Positions 42,925 through 56,800 of a DNA stretch of 64,000 bases are shown one piece after another (the stretch's first letter is position 1; every line of letters begins with the position of its first letter). The notes below the pieces were generated by a model. The model worked only from the letters and a program-made list of their open reading frames with translations. It did no database searches and was not told where the DNA came from. Source of the DNA: a virus; IMG/VR virus record IMGVR_UViG_3300030047_000014, positions 32,001 to 96,000 of that record. One strand, 5' to 3'. Made by a program: the position numbers and the translations under genes.

Positions 42925-45199
42925 AGATCTATTCTTAAAAATATCCAAGATTAAGGATATAAATGAATTTTACTCTAAATTTCCTTCTGAAGAAGCATTC
43001 ATGAAGGTGCATGGAAAAGCATTTAAGAAAGCCTTACTAGGAGCTAGTATAGACTCTGCTGAAAATGGTATAAACTATAAGTTTGGTCAGTATAGTAATA
43101 CTCCTGGACAACTTGGATATAATCTATCTGGAGATGAGAATGGACAACAGTTTAATCTGGAAGGACAACCAATGTCTAATAATTCTGTACAACAGTCAGT
43201 TGCAGGTAAATCAGATCCTACTATTATGGGAGATAGTAAACTTCAAAGTAATGTAATGCAAGGTGTAAATGCTGCAGGTGAACTTGTAGGAGGTATACGA
43301 GCATTATCAGGAGAGAAGAAGAAACTAAGAGGAGCTAAACAAATGCAGCAATTAAGTGATGTTGAACTCCTTGCTTCAAGAACTAGACCAGAAGAAGTTA
43401 GAAGAAGGTATGTTCGTCCTGAAGATATGATAACTTCAGGAGAAGAATTATATCCTGCATATGGTACAGGTACTAATGTTCTTGGTAAAGATGGAGTTAC
43501 TATTAGAAAAGCTGAGAATGGTTTTACTAATTTTATGAATTCAGGTGGAGAAGGATTTGCTAATAATATGGTAAAGAGTGCTTTCAATAATAATGCAGGG
43601 AGTCAGATTGGTGGAGCTGTTGGAGATGCAATTAAAATAATTCCTGGAGTTGGACCAATTATCAGTACTGTTGCTAAACCTATTCTTAGTGCTATAGGTG
43701 GTTTGATAGATAACAATGGTAGAAAGATAAAGAGAGCTCAGCAGGCTACGGATAAGAATATTAGTAACATGAGTGTTAATAATAACATTCAAGATACGCA
43801 ATATCAGAATTCTTCATATATGGAAGATGGAGGTAATATGAATGGAGATCTTCAAACATATAAAGGTGGTTATGCAGAACCAATATCATATAATCCTTTC
43901 CTACCTGATAATGGTGAAACAGTAATGTTCAGAGGAGCTTCTCACGATGATGGTGGAATAGAAGCTTCTTATGGAAATAATTCTGTAGAGGTAGAAGGTG
44001 GTGAACCTGCTACTAAATTAGAAGATGGTGGAGGAATGAATAACATGGTAGTATTTGGTAATCTACCTATCAGTAAAACTTTTGCAGATGCTTTAGGGGA
44101 TCCTAGTGCAAAGAATAAAAAATTTAAAAACTATGTAGCTGATTTATCTAAGACAGAAAGTAGACAGAATAATATAGTTGAAAATTCTGTTGATAAATTA
44201 GATGGTTTAGAACTATCAACACCATTTAGTAAACTGGAACTTAATGCCCATAAAGCAAATATATTAGGAGCTAATATGAAATTAAAGGAAATTGCTGAAA
44301 AGAAAAATAGAGCTTCTGCTCTACAAGAAGCTATAAATAGTGTTGCTGAAGAGCATGGTATTATAGCTGAAGATTTTGCTAAAGGTAAAATTACTAAAGC
44401 TAAAAAAGGAGCTACAATTCCTACAGGTGATAGTAATTCAAAGTTTCCCTGGATGGAAGCTATTAATGCTACTGTACCTTATTTTAGACCAAGTAATGCA
44501 GAACCATTAGATGCTAATCAATTAACAGGAGAAATGTTTGCTCTTAGTAATAATCAACTGGAACCAGTGCAGGCTCAGACATATACTCCTCAATTAGATA
44601 CTCCTTATGATGTATCTTATCAAGATATTCGTAATAATAATCAAGCTGATTATAATGCCTCAAAAAGAATAGTAGGAAACAATCCTGAAGCTATTTCTAT
44701 TTTAAATGCTCAGAAATATAATGCTAATGAGAAAGTTGGTGCAGAAGAGTTTAGAGCTAATCAAGAAATGAGAAATAAAGTGTATGCTGGTAACAGAGCT
44801 ACTATGAATGATGCACGACTTAAGAATCTTGGTATCTATGACCAACAGTATACAAGACAAGCAAATGCTCAAACCAATACAAAGAATGTAGCCCAGGTTG
44901 CTATTAGTTCTATTTCTGATAAACAGGCAAAGAATAAACTGGAGAACAAAACTCTTCAGACTTATGAGAATCTATATAACTATAGGTATGATAATCAGGG
45001 TAGAGCTATTAATATGAATCCTCTGGCTACTTTTAATACCTCAGGAACTAATTTGACAGGTAATAATCTCAATCTACCAGAGGGTTATGAGTATACTTAC
45101 AGAACTGTTAATGGAAAATTAGTACCTGATGATATTAAGAAGAAGGTTAAAGATAAAAGTAGAAATGGTGCTATTGTTAATGCCATTAAGAATCTATAA
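42917..45199 (+). CDS. Virion cargo/ejection protein
   Basis: G/N/Q-rich; hydrophobic GAVG..IIPGVG helix; GASHDDGGI...VEVEGGE. Confidence 0.65.
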   Translation: MTKDLFLKISKIKDINEFYSKFPSEEAFMKVHGKAFKKALLGASIDSAENGINYKFGQYSNTPGQLGYNLSGDENGQQFNLEGQPMSNNSVQQSVAGKSDPTIMGDSKLQSNVMQGVNAAGELVGGIRALSGEKKKLRGAKQMQQLSDVELLASRTRPEEVRRRYVRPEDMITSGEELYPAYGTGTNVLGKDGVTIRKAENGFTNFMNSGGEGFANNMVKSAFNNNAGSQIGGAVGDAIKIIPGVGPIISTVAKPILSAIGGLIDNNGRKIKRAQQATDKNISNMSVNNNIQDTQYQNSSYMEDGGNMNGDLQTYKGGYAEPISYNPFLPDNGETVMFRGASHDDGGIEASYGNNSVEVEGGEPATKLEDGGGMNNMVVFGNLPISKTFADALGDPSAKNKKFKNYVADLSKTESRQNNIVENSVDKLDGLELSTPFSKLELNAHKANILGANMKLKEIAEKKNRASALQEAINSVAEEHGIIAEDFAKGKITKAKKGATIPTGDSNSKFPWMEAINATVPYFRPSNAEPLDANQLTGEMFALSNNQLEPVQAQTYTPQLDTPYDVSYQDIRNNNQADYNASKRIVGNNPEAISILNAQKYNANEKVGAEEFRANQEMRNKVYAGNRATMNDARLKNLGIYDQQYTRQANAQTNTKNVAQVAISSISDKQAKNKLENKTLQTYENLYNYRYDNQGRAINMNPLATFNTSGTNLTGNNLNLPEGYEYTYRTVNGKLVPDDIKKKVKDKSRNGAIVNAIKNL

Positions 45200-45271
45200 C
45201 TAATTTAGTTATAGTAATTACTTAAATTTATTATTCTCTGTTGGAATATATAATATTTCCTATTACATTTG
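45195..45271 (+). promoter_or_regulatory. Palindromic operator plus Bacteroidota promoter
   Basis: TATAACT-AATTT-AGTTATA; GTTG - N20 - TACATTTG (45264-71). Confidence 0.65.
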
Positions 45272-45287
45272 AAAATTAAACAACGCT

Positions 45288-47855
45288 ATGGCTAATTGGA
45301 CAGATAATAGACCCCCAGTGTTTAATCCCTACGTACAGCAATTGCCTGTTGAGGCAATGACTCAAGTTGGTGTGGAAAAACAGAAACGCTATGATGAGGG
45401 TGTTCAGAAAATTCAGACTGAAGTTGATAATATTGCAGGACTTGACATCATAAGAGATGTGGATAAGAACTATCTGCAATCTAAACTAAATCAGTTAGGT
45501 ACTAATCTTAAATCAGTTACTGCAGCAGATTTTTCTAACTTCCAATTAGTTAACTCTGTAGGAGGAATGGCTAATCAGATAGCAAAGGATAGAAATATTC
45601 TAAATGCTGTTAGCTCAACTGCTAGATTTAGAAAAGAACAAGCCTTTGGTGAAACTCTAAAGAAAGAAGGTAAATCCTCAGTTAATAGAGAATATGATTT
45701 CAATAAGTCTGTTAATGACTGGTTGAATAATACTGATCTAAATGCTTCTTTTAATGGACAATATAAAGAGCATATTGATGTCAATAAAAAAGTGCTTGAG
45801 ATAATTGGAAAAATTAATCCAAACGCTAAACAAGAGGATCTTGTTAATGCTGTAAGATCTGATGGTACAATTAATTATAAACAGATGGCTGATGTAATGC
45901 AACGTAGAGGTATTACAGAAGTTAGTGAAGGTCAGATTAAAACAGCAGTTAATTCAATGTTGGATGCTAATGACATGGATGAGTTATATAGCCAGGGAAG
46001 ATATGCATATAAAGATTATACGCCTGCAGCATTACAAGCTGAGAGTACCAGAACGTATGAACTTGGTAAAAGAAGTTATCAAAGTAAGCTTGAAGAGTTA
46101 CAGAGACAACTCCTTGTAACTACAGATATTACACAACAGCATGACATTAATGATACAATTGAATATTACAAAACCTTATTAGGAGACTCAAAAAATAATA
46201 TCCCTAGTCTTCTTGAAAAGACTCATAATTCTATACTAGAAAATATAATGACTAATCCTGATGAAGCAAGATCTTCCTTATATACAAGAAATTGGTTGGA
46301 TGAAATTGCTAATGGATTTGCTCATAGAGAAATTAAAGATGAGGTACTTGCTTCTCCATATAAGGAAAATGAATGGAAGCGTCTTGCTTATAATTTAGAT
46401 TTATTACAAGAAAGTCATTTACAATCATATAGAAATGCTCAATTAGAAATTGACAAAGAGAGATTAGGAATTGATAGAGATAAACTTGCACTTGAAAGAG
46501 AAAAACTTTCTCCTGGTATACCTTATTACAAAAGAACTGGTGATGCATCTACACAAGAGCAAGAATCTTTAAAAAACTTTGCTAATTATAATAATGAATT
46601 AAAGACAAGGAATGAGACTATTCTTAATGAGTATGCTGATAGTCGATCAAGTATGGATACTAAGGTTAAACCTTCTGATATTCTTAGAAATATAGAATTG
46701 TATAAGAGTAACAAATATACTCCTAAAACAAAAGATGAGGAAGTTGATTTTAATGAATACATTAAAAATAGTAATCTTCTGGCTACACAATCCAGAATTT
46801 TAGCAAAAAAAACTGATGAAGCTTACAGAGAAGTAACAGGAGGTATTGCTCAAAGAGATCTATTGTCTTCTCAGTTAAAAGGTAAAGCAGATATTGATAT
46901 TGTTAAAGATGGTATTAATTATCATTTTACTCCTAAAGAAATCTATGATTATATCTCTAAAGAAGAAAAATATACAAAAAGTTACAACATGTATGGAGGT
47001 GGATATTCAATGTCACCTGGATCAAAGCTCTCAGATAAAGAAAGAGTACTAGCAAATGAAATTGAAGGAAGATATAGTGGTTCTACTAAAGCTATTAATA
47101 CACAGTTAAATGAGTATTTAAACAGTTATTCCTCTATTGCGAAACAGACAAGAGATATTGATCTTCAAGTAACAAAACGTGTTTCTGAAAAAATGAAAGA
47201 CATCACAGGTATATTTGCTACAGAGCAAGCTGCTGTTCATTTTAAAGATACTGACGAAGAAAAGAACTTCATTAGAGATCTAACTACTATAGTACAGGCA
47301 GATATGGGAGCTAAATCAGGAGCATTAGGATATGATACTGAAAAATCTTTAGATTTTCTAACTAAAACTGGAGGCACAGATGTTGAAGCACAGCATGTTA
47401 GACAAGGTGATAAGAATTTCATCCAACTTACTAATAAGAAAAGTAAGAAAACAGAACTTATTCCTGTTACTCCAGAATTTGTTTTAAGAAATAAAAATCT
47501 AGGAGAAAAGTATTTAAATAAGAACTTAGATTTTGCAATGGTGTTATTGACAAATAACGGATCTACAAATATTTTTAAAGACTATGATAATGCATATTAT
47601 AACTCTGGATTATTTGGAGGATATGATGTAAAAGGAAAGAGAACAGTTAAAATGCCAATAGTAGCTGATTTAGAGAGAGGTAGGAGTGGTGCATTCTATC
47701 CTGTTCTTAAAAGAAAAACAAAAGACGGAAAGATAGAAGTGTTACCTTACCCACATGCAACAACTAAAGAAGAGTTTGAAGCTTGGCTTCCTACTCTTAC
47801 TGATGAAAAAATAGAGATGTTATTTAATGATAATAAAAAGAATACAAACCAGTAA
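45288..47855 (+). CDS. Virion cargo/ejection protein upstream of the vRNAP
   Basis: 855 aa, helical; N-terminal FNPYVQQLP...KQKRYDEG. Confidence 0.7.
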   Translation: MANWTDNRPPVFNPYVQQLPVEAMTQVGVEKQKRYDEGVQKIQTEVDNIAGLDIIRDVDKNYLQSKLNQLGTNLKSVTAADFSNFQLVNSVGGMANQIAKDRNILNAVSSTARFRKEQAFGETLKKEGKSSVNREYDFNKSVNDWLNNTDLNASFNGQYKEHIDVNKKVLEIIGKINPNAKQEDLVNAVRSDGTINYKQMADVMQRRGITEVSEGQIKTAVNSMLDANDMDELYSQGRYAYKDYTPAALQAESTRTYELGKRSYQSKLEELQRQLLVTTDITQQHDINDTIEYYKTLLGDSKNNIPSLLEKTHNSILENIMTNPDEARSSLYTRNWLDEIANGFAHREIKDEVLASPYKENEWKRLAYNLDLLQESHLQSYRNAQLEIDKERLGIDRDKLALEREKLSPGIPYYKRTGDASTQEQESLKNFANYNNELKTRNETILNEYADSRSSMDTKVKPSDILRNIELYKSNKYTPKTKDEEVDFNEYIKNSNLLATQSRILAKKTDEAYREVTGGIAQRDLLSSQLKGKADIDIVKDGINYHFTPKEIYDYISKEEKYTKSYNMYGGGYSMSPGSKLSDKERVLANEIEGRYSGSTKAINTQLNEYLNSYSSIAKQTRDIDLQVTKRVSEKMKDITGIFATEQAAVHFKDTDEEKNFIRDLTTIVQADMGAKSGALGYDTEKSLDFLTKTGGTDVEAQHVRQGDKNFIQLTNKKSKKTELIPVTPEFVLRNKNLGEKYLNKNLDFAMVLLTNNGSTNIFKDYDNAYYNSGLFGGYDVKGKRTVKMPIVADLERGRSGAFYPVLKRKTKDGKIEVLPYPHATTKEEFEAWLPTLTDEKIEMLFNDNKKNTNQ

Positions 47856-47869
47856 TATCCCAATAAGAC

Positions 47870-50800
47870 ATGCCTATAAATGATTTAAGTCCTTTGACTG
47901 AAAACATACTACCAACAAGTAGACCTCAATCTGTAGGTAACTCAATTCCTAATCCATATATGGAAGGTAGTGGTAATGGTGATAGTGGAAGTAAACGTCC
48001 TGATTACTTACCTCCTCTTGCTTCAGGAAAGGATGAGATGCCTATTACAGCAACCTCTGGACAGTTGCATGATGCAAGAAAGTTTTCTGTCTTTGATCCT
48101 ACAAAGACAGAGAATGAGTTTGCTTATGGACAAGGATTTGTTTCTAAGATGGTTAGTGGTGTTGGTAAGGGATTATTACTTACAGGTACTACATTTCTAC
48201 AGACTACTGCAGGATTAATAAATGGTTTATATCAATGGAATAAAACAGGGAAAGCATCTTCTTTCTATGATAATCCTCTTAATAAATGGGTAGATGATGT
48301 AAATGCAGAAGCTGAGAACAGATTACCTAATCTTTACACAAATATTGAGAAAGATGCTAATTGGTATTCTCCTAAATATTTATTAACAGGTAATTTCTTA
48401 TGGGATGGTATTGTAAAGAATCTTGGATTCTCTGCAGGTGCTGCATTGTCAGGAATGGCATTTGCAGGAGCTTTAAGAGCTCTTCCTCTTACATCTAAGT
48501 TATTCTCTATTGGTAAAGGAGCTGAAGCTCTTGCAGCCACAGAAGAAGGAGTATCAGCATCTACAGCAGCAGGTAATGCTGCAGAAACTTATGGAAAGAT
48601 CAAAGAGCAATCTGATAAATTCTTAGGATCATTTAAATTACTAAATCCTGGTGGTAGAGCTTTAATAGCAGGTTTATCTACTTCTGGAGAAGCTAGTTTT
48701 GAGTCATATCAGAATCTTAATCAATTCAGGAATGATGAAATAAAGAAATATCAAGATACACATGATGGAGAGAAACCTACTGGAGAGGATCTTAAGAAGA
48801 TTAATGATAATGCAGAACATGTTGGAAATGTGTCCTATCTGTCTAATGTGGCTCTTCTTAGTGTTACTAATTATATACAGTTTCCTAAAATATTAGGATC
48901 TTCTTATAAAGCTGAGAAGGGAATGATTAATTCCTTAACCAAAGAAACAGGAGATATAATTGGAACAGAAGGAAAATATCTTGTAAAGCCTGCAGGAAAT
49001 AAGATTCTCTCAACTCTAAATAAGATTAGACCCTATACATTCTCTACTTCAGAAGGATTTGAAGAGGGTGCACAGTATGTAATTCAGGAAGGTACTCAGA
49101 ACTACTATGATAAAAAGTATAATAATACTCCAACTGATTTTCTAACCAGTCTTTTAGAAGGAGTTAAAAAGACTGTTGGTACTAATGAAGGTATGAAGAA
49201 TATCTTAATTGGTGGATTATCAGGATCTATAATGATGGGTAGAGGAAGGTTCAGAGAAAATAGTGAGAAAGATAGAAATACTCAGGAAGCTGTTACAGCA
49301 TTCAATAAAACTAAATTTTCTGATTTTACTCAGGAAACATTAGATGCTGTTAATAGAGGAACAACTCTTCAGGAAGAGAGAGAAGCTGCTCTAAAGAGTG
49401 GTGATATACTAAATAGTAAAGATAAAGAAGCTGATTATATAATCAACTATCTTACACCACGTATTAAATATGGGAGGTTTGATTTAATTAAATCAGATAT
49501 ATCTGATTATAAACAACTTGCAAGCACTGATGAAGGTTTTGCTCAATTACAATCTGAAGGTAAAGCCTTAACAACAGATACTAAGGAAGCTTATATTCAG
49601 AGATTATCTGCATTAGAAGCTACTGCTGAGAATGTAAAATCATTATATCAATCTCTTAATCTTCGATATGGTGCACAAATAGATGAAAAAGGTAAACCTA
49701 TCTACTCTCCTGCAGTTATGGACAAGATGGTTTATGCAGCATCTAAAGTAGCTGACTATGATAAACGAATTCCAGAATTAACTAATACATTAATACAAAG
49801 TAATATTGATGTTAATGCTGTAGTTAAAGATGTACTATTGGGTAAATCAGACAGTTTTAATGAAGCTATGGATTCTATCAGCAAGATGGATATCTTAGAT
49901 GAAGAAAAAACTTCTCTTAGTGAAGCTTTGGAAGATATAAGTGAACTTAGTCTTCGTAGAAATAAATTTCTAAAAGAATATACTGAGATAAAGAACAATC
50001 CTAAAAAATATCAGGAACAAAAAGCAGAAGATATCCAACCTCCTGTTGGTGAAGAGAATAGGATAATTGCTATTAAAACTAAGACAGGAGATAAGGAATT
50101 AACTATTGGTAAGGAGTACTTTATAGGTAAGGGATTTGACTATGATAAAGATGGTCTGGAGACTCCTGTTACTATTTCTAAACTTACTATTCTTAGTGAG
50201 AATGAGGATGGTACAATCAAAGTAAAAGGAAATAATGGTAAAGTAATGGATATATCTAAGGATCAATTACTTGACTATAAAGTTACACCTGCTGAACAAT
50301 TAAAAGCTAATAAGACTGCTAATTATTTCTTTAATCATAGGAATGAGTTGTTTGAGATTAATTTGGGTAAGAAATATGGTGGAAAGAAAACTGGTAGAAT
50401 TGAATTCAAAGAAGGCAAACTCTTTATTGTATATAAAGGAGTTAATGGCAAACTTATTCACAAAGAGATAAATAATAGTTTCTTTGTTCCTCAAAAGGAA
50501 TATAATGAACCAAGAATCAGAATTACAGGTAAAATTGAAACTGCAGAACAGAAAGTAGCCAGGGAAGAATTCACTTCAGCAAAAGAATTAGAGGCACAGA
50601 AACAAACTGCTTCTCAGAATAGAGATACACGTATTGAAATTCTGACACAGTTGTTTGATGATATCTCTACTAAGCAGGAAGATACCAATAAGTTACTGAC
50701 TCAGAAGAAATCTGAATTAACAAATATTAAAGAGGAATTATCTAAACTTGAGGAGAATATCCTTAATACTCAGAATGATGTAGATAAGAGATTTAAAAAA

Positions 50801-53800
50801 GTAACTTTCAGAGCTACTACCAGAAAAGCATTAGCTACTGCTTCTCGTTTGTCCAGAATGCAAGATCAGTTAGAAAAAGAGATAAAAGATCTTGAGACTC
50901 AGAGAGAAGAGTTAGATATTGATTTGTCTTATATTTCTGATATGGCTCAGAATATTGATGAGCTTCCTACAGATAGTAAGGAGTTTCTTAATGAGCTGAA
51001 ATCTCATAAAGCATTATTGGAAGATATGCTTCTTAATACAGAAATTCAAATTGAGGAGACTAACAACATTATTAGCAAGGTAAAGGCAGCTTTAGATTCA
51101 GCTATGGATTTCTTATCAGATGTGATAGGTAAGTTTCAGCAGAAGTTTCCTAAAGTTCCGCTTGCTCTTGGTAGTGAATGGATTGAGTTTCTAAAAAATA
51201 ATCCTAACTTTCTTAAGCGTAAACCTAACTATAAGGAAGAATTACAACAGCTTGATGATTTAGTAGCTCAAGTTGAGGATATGGATATTATTCCTGGGGA
51301 GCGTACTATAAAAGAATTAAATGAGAAACTTGCAGAATTACAGGAAGCCTTATCTCCACTAGAAAGAGAATTAAAAGCAAGTAATGTTATATTGGATAGG
51401 TTTAGGGAAATTGCTAAAAAATCCAGGGAAGTAAAAGCTGAAGAGAAAGCTATGTCTGTAAAGGATGAGTTTTTAAAAAAGGCTCTTGGTACAGATAAGA
51501 GTGGTATCCAGAACAGAGAATTTGATAAGGATTATGAGCCTGAGGCTAAGAAGCCTACAGAGTTCATATGGAGAAGTACTATCACAACAGGAGATAAACC
51601 TCATGCCATTAGATCTAATAAATTTGGAGCTAATCTGAATTCATTTCCTAATAGAGATAAAATACGTGGGGTATATATAACTTTTAAAAATGAAGATCAG
51701 ATACTACCAGGATTAATTGATCATTTAAGGACAGATGAAAATGGTAATGTAGACAACTCTATAAATAGAGAGGATGTCATTGTATTAGTAATGACTGATG
51801 AGGATGGTAATCTGATTGATGAAAATGGTAAACTTGTACAGAATAATGCTGACAAATTAAATACAGCTATATATCAAGTATTTCCAGAAGCTAAATTAGC
51901 TTGGAGTGAAAAGTATGGTAATGCATCAATGTTTAGGAAAGATACTCCTCAAGATGTAGTGGACTCTGTTAAGAAACAGTATGCTGATTGGAGAAAAGAT
52001 ATTTTAGAGAACACAACTGATTTAAGTAATAGTCATACTATTGATGCCTCTTTTGGATTTCCTGAGTATGAAACTGAACTGGATGAAAATCAAGTACCAC
52101 AGAGGATTTATTCTACTAAGACATCTGTACAAGAAGCAGGTTTGGTTACTGAAGATGAATTAGAAGCTTCTCCAGTAATTACTATTCCTACAACCAATAG
52201 TATTGTTGGTAAGGGCACTGTTTCCTTTACTAATGCTATTGGTAAAGTATTTCTTGAATTAAAGAATGGTCTGATACCACTACAGAATAGAAAACATACT
52301 AGTGAAGAGGCAGAGTTAATATATCAGTCTATCTATCACTTAGCTAAGAATATGCTTAAAGGTGAACTTAAGTCTGATGCTTCTGAGAACTTATTTAATT
52401 ATCTTCGATCAGTAGTCTATTGGGGAATTCCTACAGATCAACAAGGTAATAGAAAAGAGACTAAAGGATATAATAGTATCTTCTGGGAGAAAGATCCTGT
52501 ATCTGGAAAGTTCATGTTATCAATGTCAGGAAAAGGAATGAACTTTGTATTCACTCCTTCTGCACTGGAACAATATAAAGCAGATATAATTGCTATGTTA
52601 GAGGGGATGTATAATAACATTAACTCCTCTATGATTAAAGGTAATAATGCTATTAATGAGAAATATCATGAACCATTATCTATAAATGCTGATGGTACTT
52701 TCAATACAAGAGAATGGAATAACTACCAGACTTATTTGTTATCAAGTACAACTCCTGATGGTAAACCACGTAAAAACATTCCTCTTACTACATTAATGAA
52801 ACCTCTTGCTAATAAGGAAGATGTAAATAGAAAAGGAATATATTTTTATACTACTGATACAGCAGATGATATTGTTCTTCCTACTAAAAAACCTTTAGCA
52901 GCATCTAAAATGCTTCCAGGTAAATTACAGGAAGCTCTACAGAAAACACAAAAGTTTGTATTAGGTAGAAATAATTTAAATATATTTACTACAGATGCAG
53001 GAAAACAATTAAAGTTTATAGTTAGTGAGAAAGTTAATGCTAATAACTTTATGCAGGAGATTAGTATTCTTCAAGGCGGTGATCTTGTAGAATTAATGGA
53101 TATTATTAAAAAAGCAGGATTAGATCCTGCAAAGGTTCTTAAAAGACGTATATTTAAAGCACTTGAGCCTCAATTAAATGATACAAATACTGAAGAGAAA
53201 GAAGATATCTTTAGAGTTCCTGATGATGAGGATGATACTAAAATACCTACACAGAAAGATAATAGAAAAACATCTAATGAAGATGATGAAGAGATGGAAG
53301 TCTTTCATGTTCCAGATGATATAGATGAGGATATTAAGAAGGCTTTAAATCGTGTGTCTAATGATTCTGATTTAGCAGCAACTCGTCTTGTTTTAAAACA
53401 GATGTTAGATGATTATAAAGAAGAGGACTGGACTAAAATAGAACAATGGTTAAGAAATAATTTTCCTAACTTTCCTTTCTATAGGGTAAAGAATGTAATC
53501 CAGGTTACTAATGGAAGACAAGCTTGGGGTATGTTCAAACAGGCTGCTTTGTATGTATATCAACATGCAGAATCAGGTACATCATATCATGAGGTCTTTC
53601 ATGCAGTATGGAGGATGTTCGTAGGTCCAGATGAACAATCTGCTATTGAAGATGAATTCACTTCCAGAAAAGGTAGTTTTATTGATAGAGCTACACAGAA
53701 GACAATAAAATACTCAGATGCTAATGCTAAAGAAATAGATGAGAAATTAGCAGAAGAATTTAGAAATTATATTCAGGAAGGTAAAATCCCTGGTAAACCA

Positions 53801-56800
53801 GAGAAAGGAAGACCATTTATTCTTAAAATGTTTATAGACTTGGTAAAGTTTATTAAAACCTTCTTTGTTGGAAATGAAGGTATTAGTAATACAGAAAATC
53901 TATTTAAGCATATAAATGAGGGATACTATAAAAAAGTAATTCCTTACACAGCAAGTTTATCCTTGGCTAATAAAGGTATAATAAATATTAATAATGCAAT
54001 TGCTACTACAGAAGACAATCTCAGTGTAGTATCTATCACAGATAAACAACGTAGTGATATTATTCAGGAAATGACTTATCAAACTCTCAAGGAATTGATA
54101 GAGTCTGATAAGAGTTTATTTACTGTTCCTAATTTAAAGAAATCAGAATTATATAGTAGACTGAAATCCAAGTTACTAGATACTCTTAGTAGAGATATAA
54201 AGAATTCTAAGAAACTAATTGCTAAAGGAGAATTTACAGAGAATCAATTAGCTCCTTTAATGTATGAACGTCTTTCATTAATGCAAAATGTTGCTACACA
54301 ATGGGATGCTATAGTTGCTAAGCATCAGGAGTATCTTAGGGGATATTCTATTGAGTTTGATGATAATGATAGTCTTCAGATAAATGATGAGGATAAGATC
54401 AAAAATAGTGATTTTGTAGATGCTACTAAAATAGATAGCTTTAAGAAAGCTAATAGTGCTATTAAACTACTCCTGGCAACTTTACCAAAGGTAGATGGAA
54501 ATAATAGATTAATACCATCTTCTATTGGTGGAGCACAATTACTCCCTATAAGTCAGACCTATATTAGTCTGATGAATAGGTTATATAACTCTAAGAGTAT
54601 TGAAGATATGATGTCCAGACTTAAGGATATGGCTACTAATGATGTAAATTACAGAACATTATACAAACGTCTTACTAAATCAGACTGGAAAACTAAAGGA
54701 ATAGATATTAGTAAGATCAATACTACTTATGGTGCACAACTCCTTGGTTCTTTCTGGAAGACATTCAAGAAACAAAATCCAGATGTAAAGAATGTATTTA
54801 TATTTGAGAATGGTGAGATAGTTATAGGAGATAGTAATTTATCGAGTGTAGCTAGTCAACTTAGAAATGAATATATTAATGACATTATCCTAACAGCAAA
54901 GAAGGATAATAGTTATTTTAAATATGATGAAAAGGAAAAAGTATTCAGAGGAGATGCTGTTGCTATCAAAAATGTAAAACTAGATACATTAACATCCTAC
55001 TCAGAATTTCTTAATAAACTTGGTATTGTATTTACTGTACCTCAGATCCAGAAATTAGGTTCTCATCTAAAAGATTTCAAGGAGACTGTTTCAGGTATAC
55101 GAGCTAGTATTGCTGCAAATGAAAAAATTGCAACATTTTCTGGTAAGGTTTTAAATATTAATGGTCGTCTGCTTGAACTTGGTATTGCTAAAGCAGTTAT
55201 TGATAATCCTGAATTTGATAGTACTTTCTTTAATGTTACTGGTGAACGTACTCAATCATTTATTGGTGTTAATCCTGCTGATGCCTTATATAACTTTCTC
55301 TCTTCAATTGAGAAATTTGATGATGCTAATGTTCTTGACAGCGAATATAGATATCTTAAAACAGATGCTTTCGCAAAAGGTTCCAATATTCTACAAAGAA
55401 TGTTTACTTCTGAAGGTACACGTAAACATGGTTCTGAGGATCTTATGAAAGTAGGGTATGTTAGTGGTACTATTGATGAGAAGAAAGGTAAACAGAAAGC
55501 ATCTGCCAGATTAAACTATAAAGAAAGACTTATTCAGGAGATCAATCTTAATCTAAAAGGATGGTATCTTAATTTAGTTCCTGCTGATGCAACTATGGAG
55601 TGGATGCTTAATACTGGGAATGCTATATCAGTAGCCTCTATATCTAAAGGACTTTCTGATGTAAATGCTATCTTTAAGAATTACTTCATCTCCGAGATGG
55701 ATCTTGTTAAGGATAATAGGAAGATCAATAGCCATAGAGATGCTAAGGAAGCAAAAGAAATGAGGTTCTTTAAATCTATTCTTGGAGAAGAACTACATAA
55801 TAAGATAGTTAAAGATAAAAGAGACTCTGAAGAAATATATGCTGATTATGAATCTAAGATAAACTCTGCCCTGGAGAAATATATTAATAATGAAACTTCT
55901 AAGTTTCAGAAGAATTTAACTACTTGGGGAGTATTAACTGAGGATGATCTTGGTCATACCTTGGAGAATATTAATCTTCCAGAGAATATGTCTATGGAAG
56001 AATTAGTTAGACAATTGAAAGCTCTTACAATTAATTTTATGATTTCTAATATTGAAATGCATAAACTACTGTATGCAGATCCTTATCAATACTATCAGGA
56101 ATTAAAACGTATTAAGAACTTCAATTCACCTAGGCAGACTCTTATTAATAACTCTCCTCAGATGAATGCAGTATTTAATTCTGTTTGGAATGAGAATTAT
56201 AAAAAAGGAGATATTGGATATACTAACTTTCGTCAAGATTACTTTAGATCAGCTACTCATAAAGATACCTTTGGGGTAATTGATTTACTTGGATATACAG
56301 ATTTTGAAGAGACGGATGGTGCAGGTATTATTGGAATGAGAGCATATCGCCAGTTTAGAATTAGAAGTGGAGATTGGAACGATAATGAAGAAAGTCAATA
56401 TAGGTATGATATAGCCTGGGAGAAGAGAGATAAAGATTTTTCATTGTCTGCCAGTGAGGTAGCATTATTAGAAAAAGGAAATCCTGCTATTCAAAGTGCA
56501 TATGTTAATATTAAACCTATTGTAGCAGGTAATAGACTGAATAGTAAGGGAAATGCAAATGATATCAATGATGTCTTATTGGATAAGTTTGCTCTATATC
56601 CTCTATCATATCGTATTATGAAAGAGATAAATCCTAATGCAAATGCTATAAAGCTTTATGATAAAATGCAGAAGGAAGATATTGATTATATGGTATTTGA
56701 GAAAAGTAGAGTAGTAGGTGCAAGAGATCCTCATGATACATATAATGCTGATGGTTCTTTTAATACTAAGCCATATTCCGGGGAGAATGTGATCAATGTA

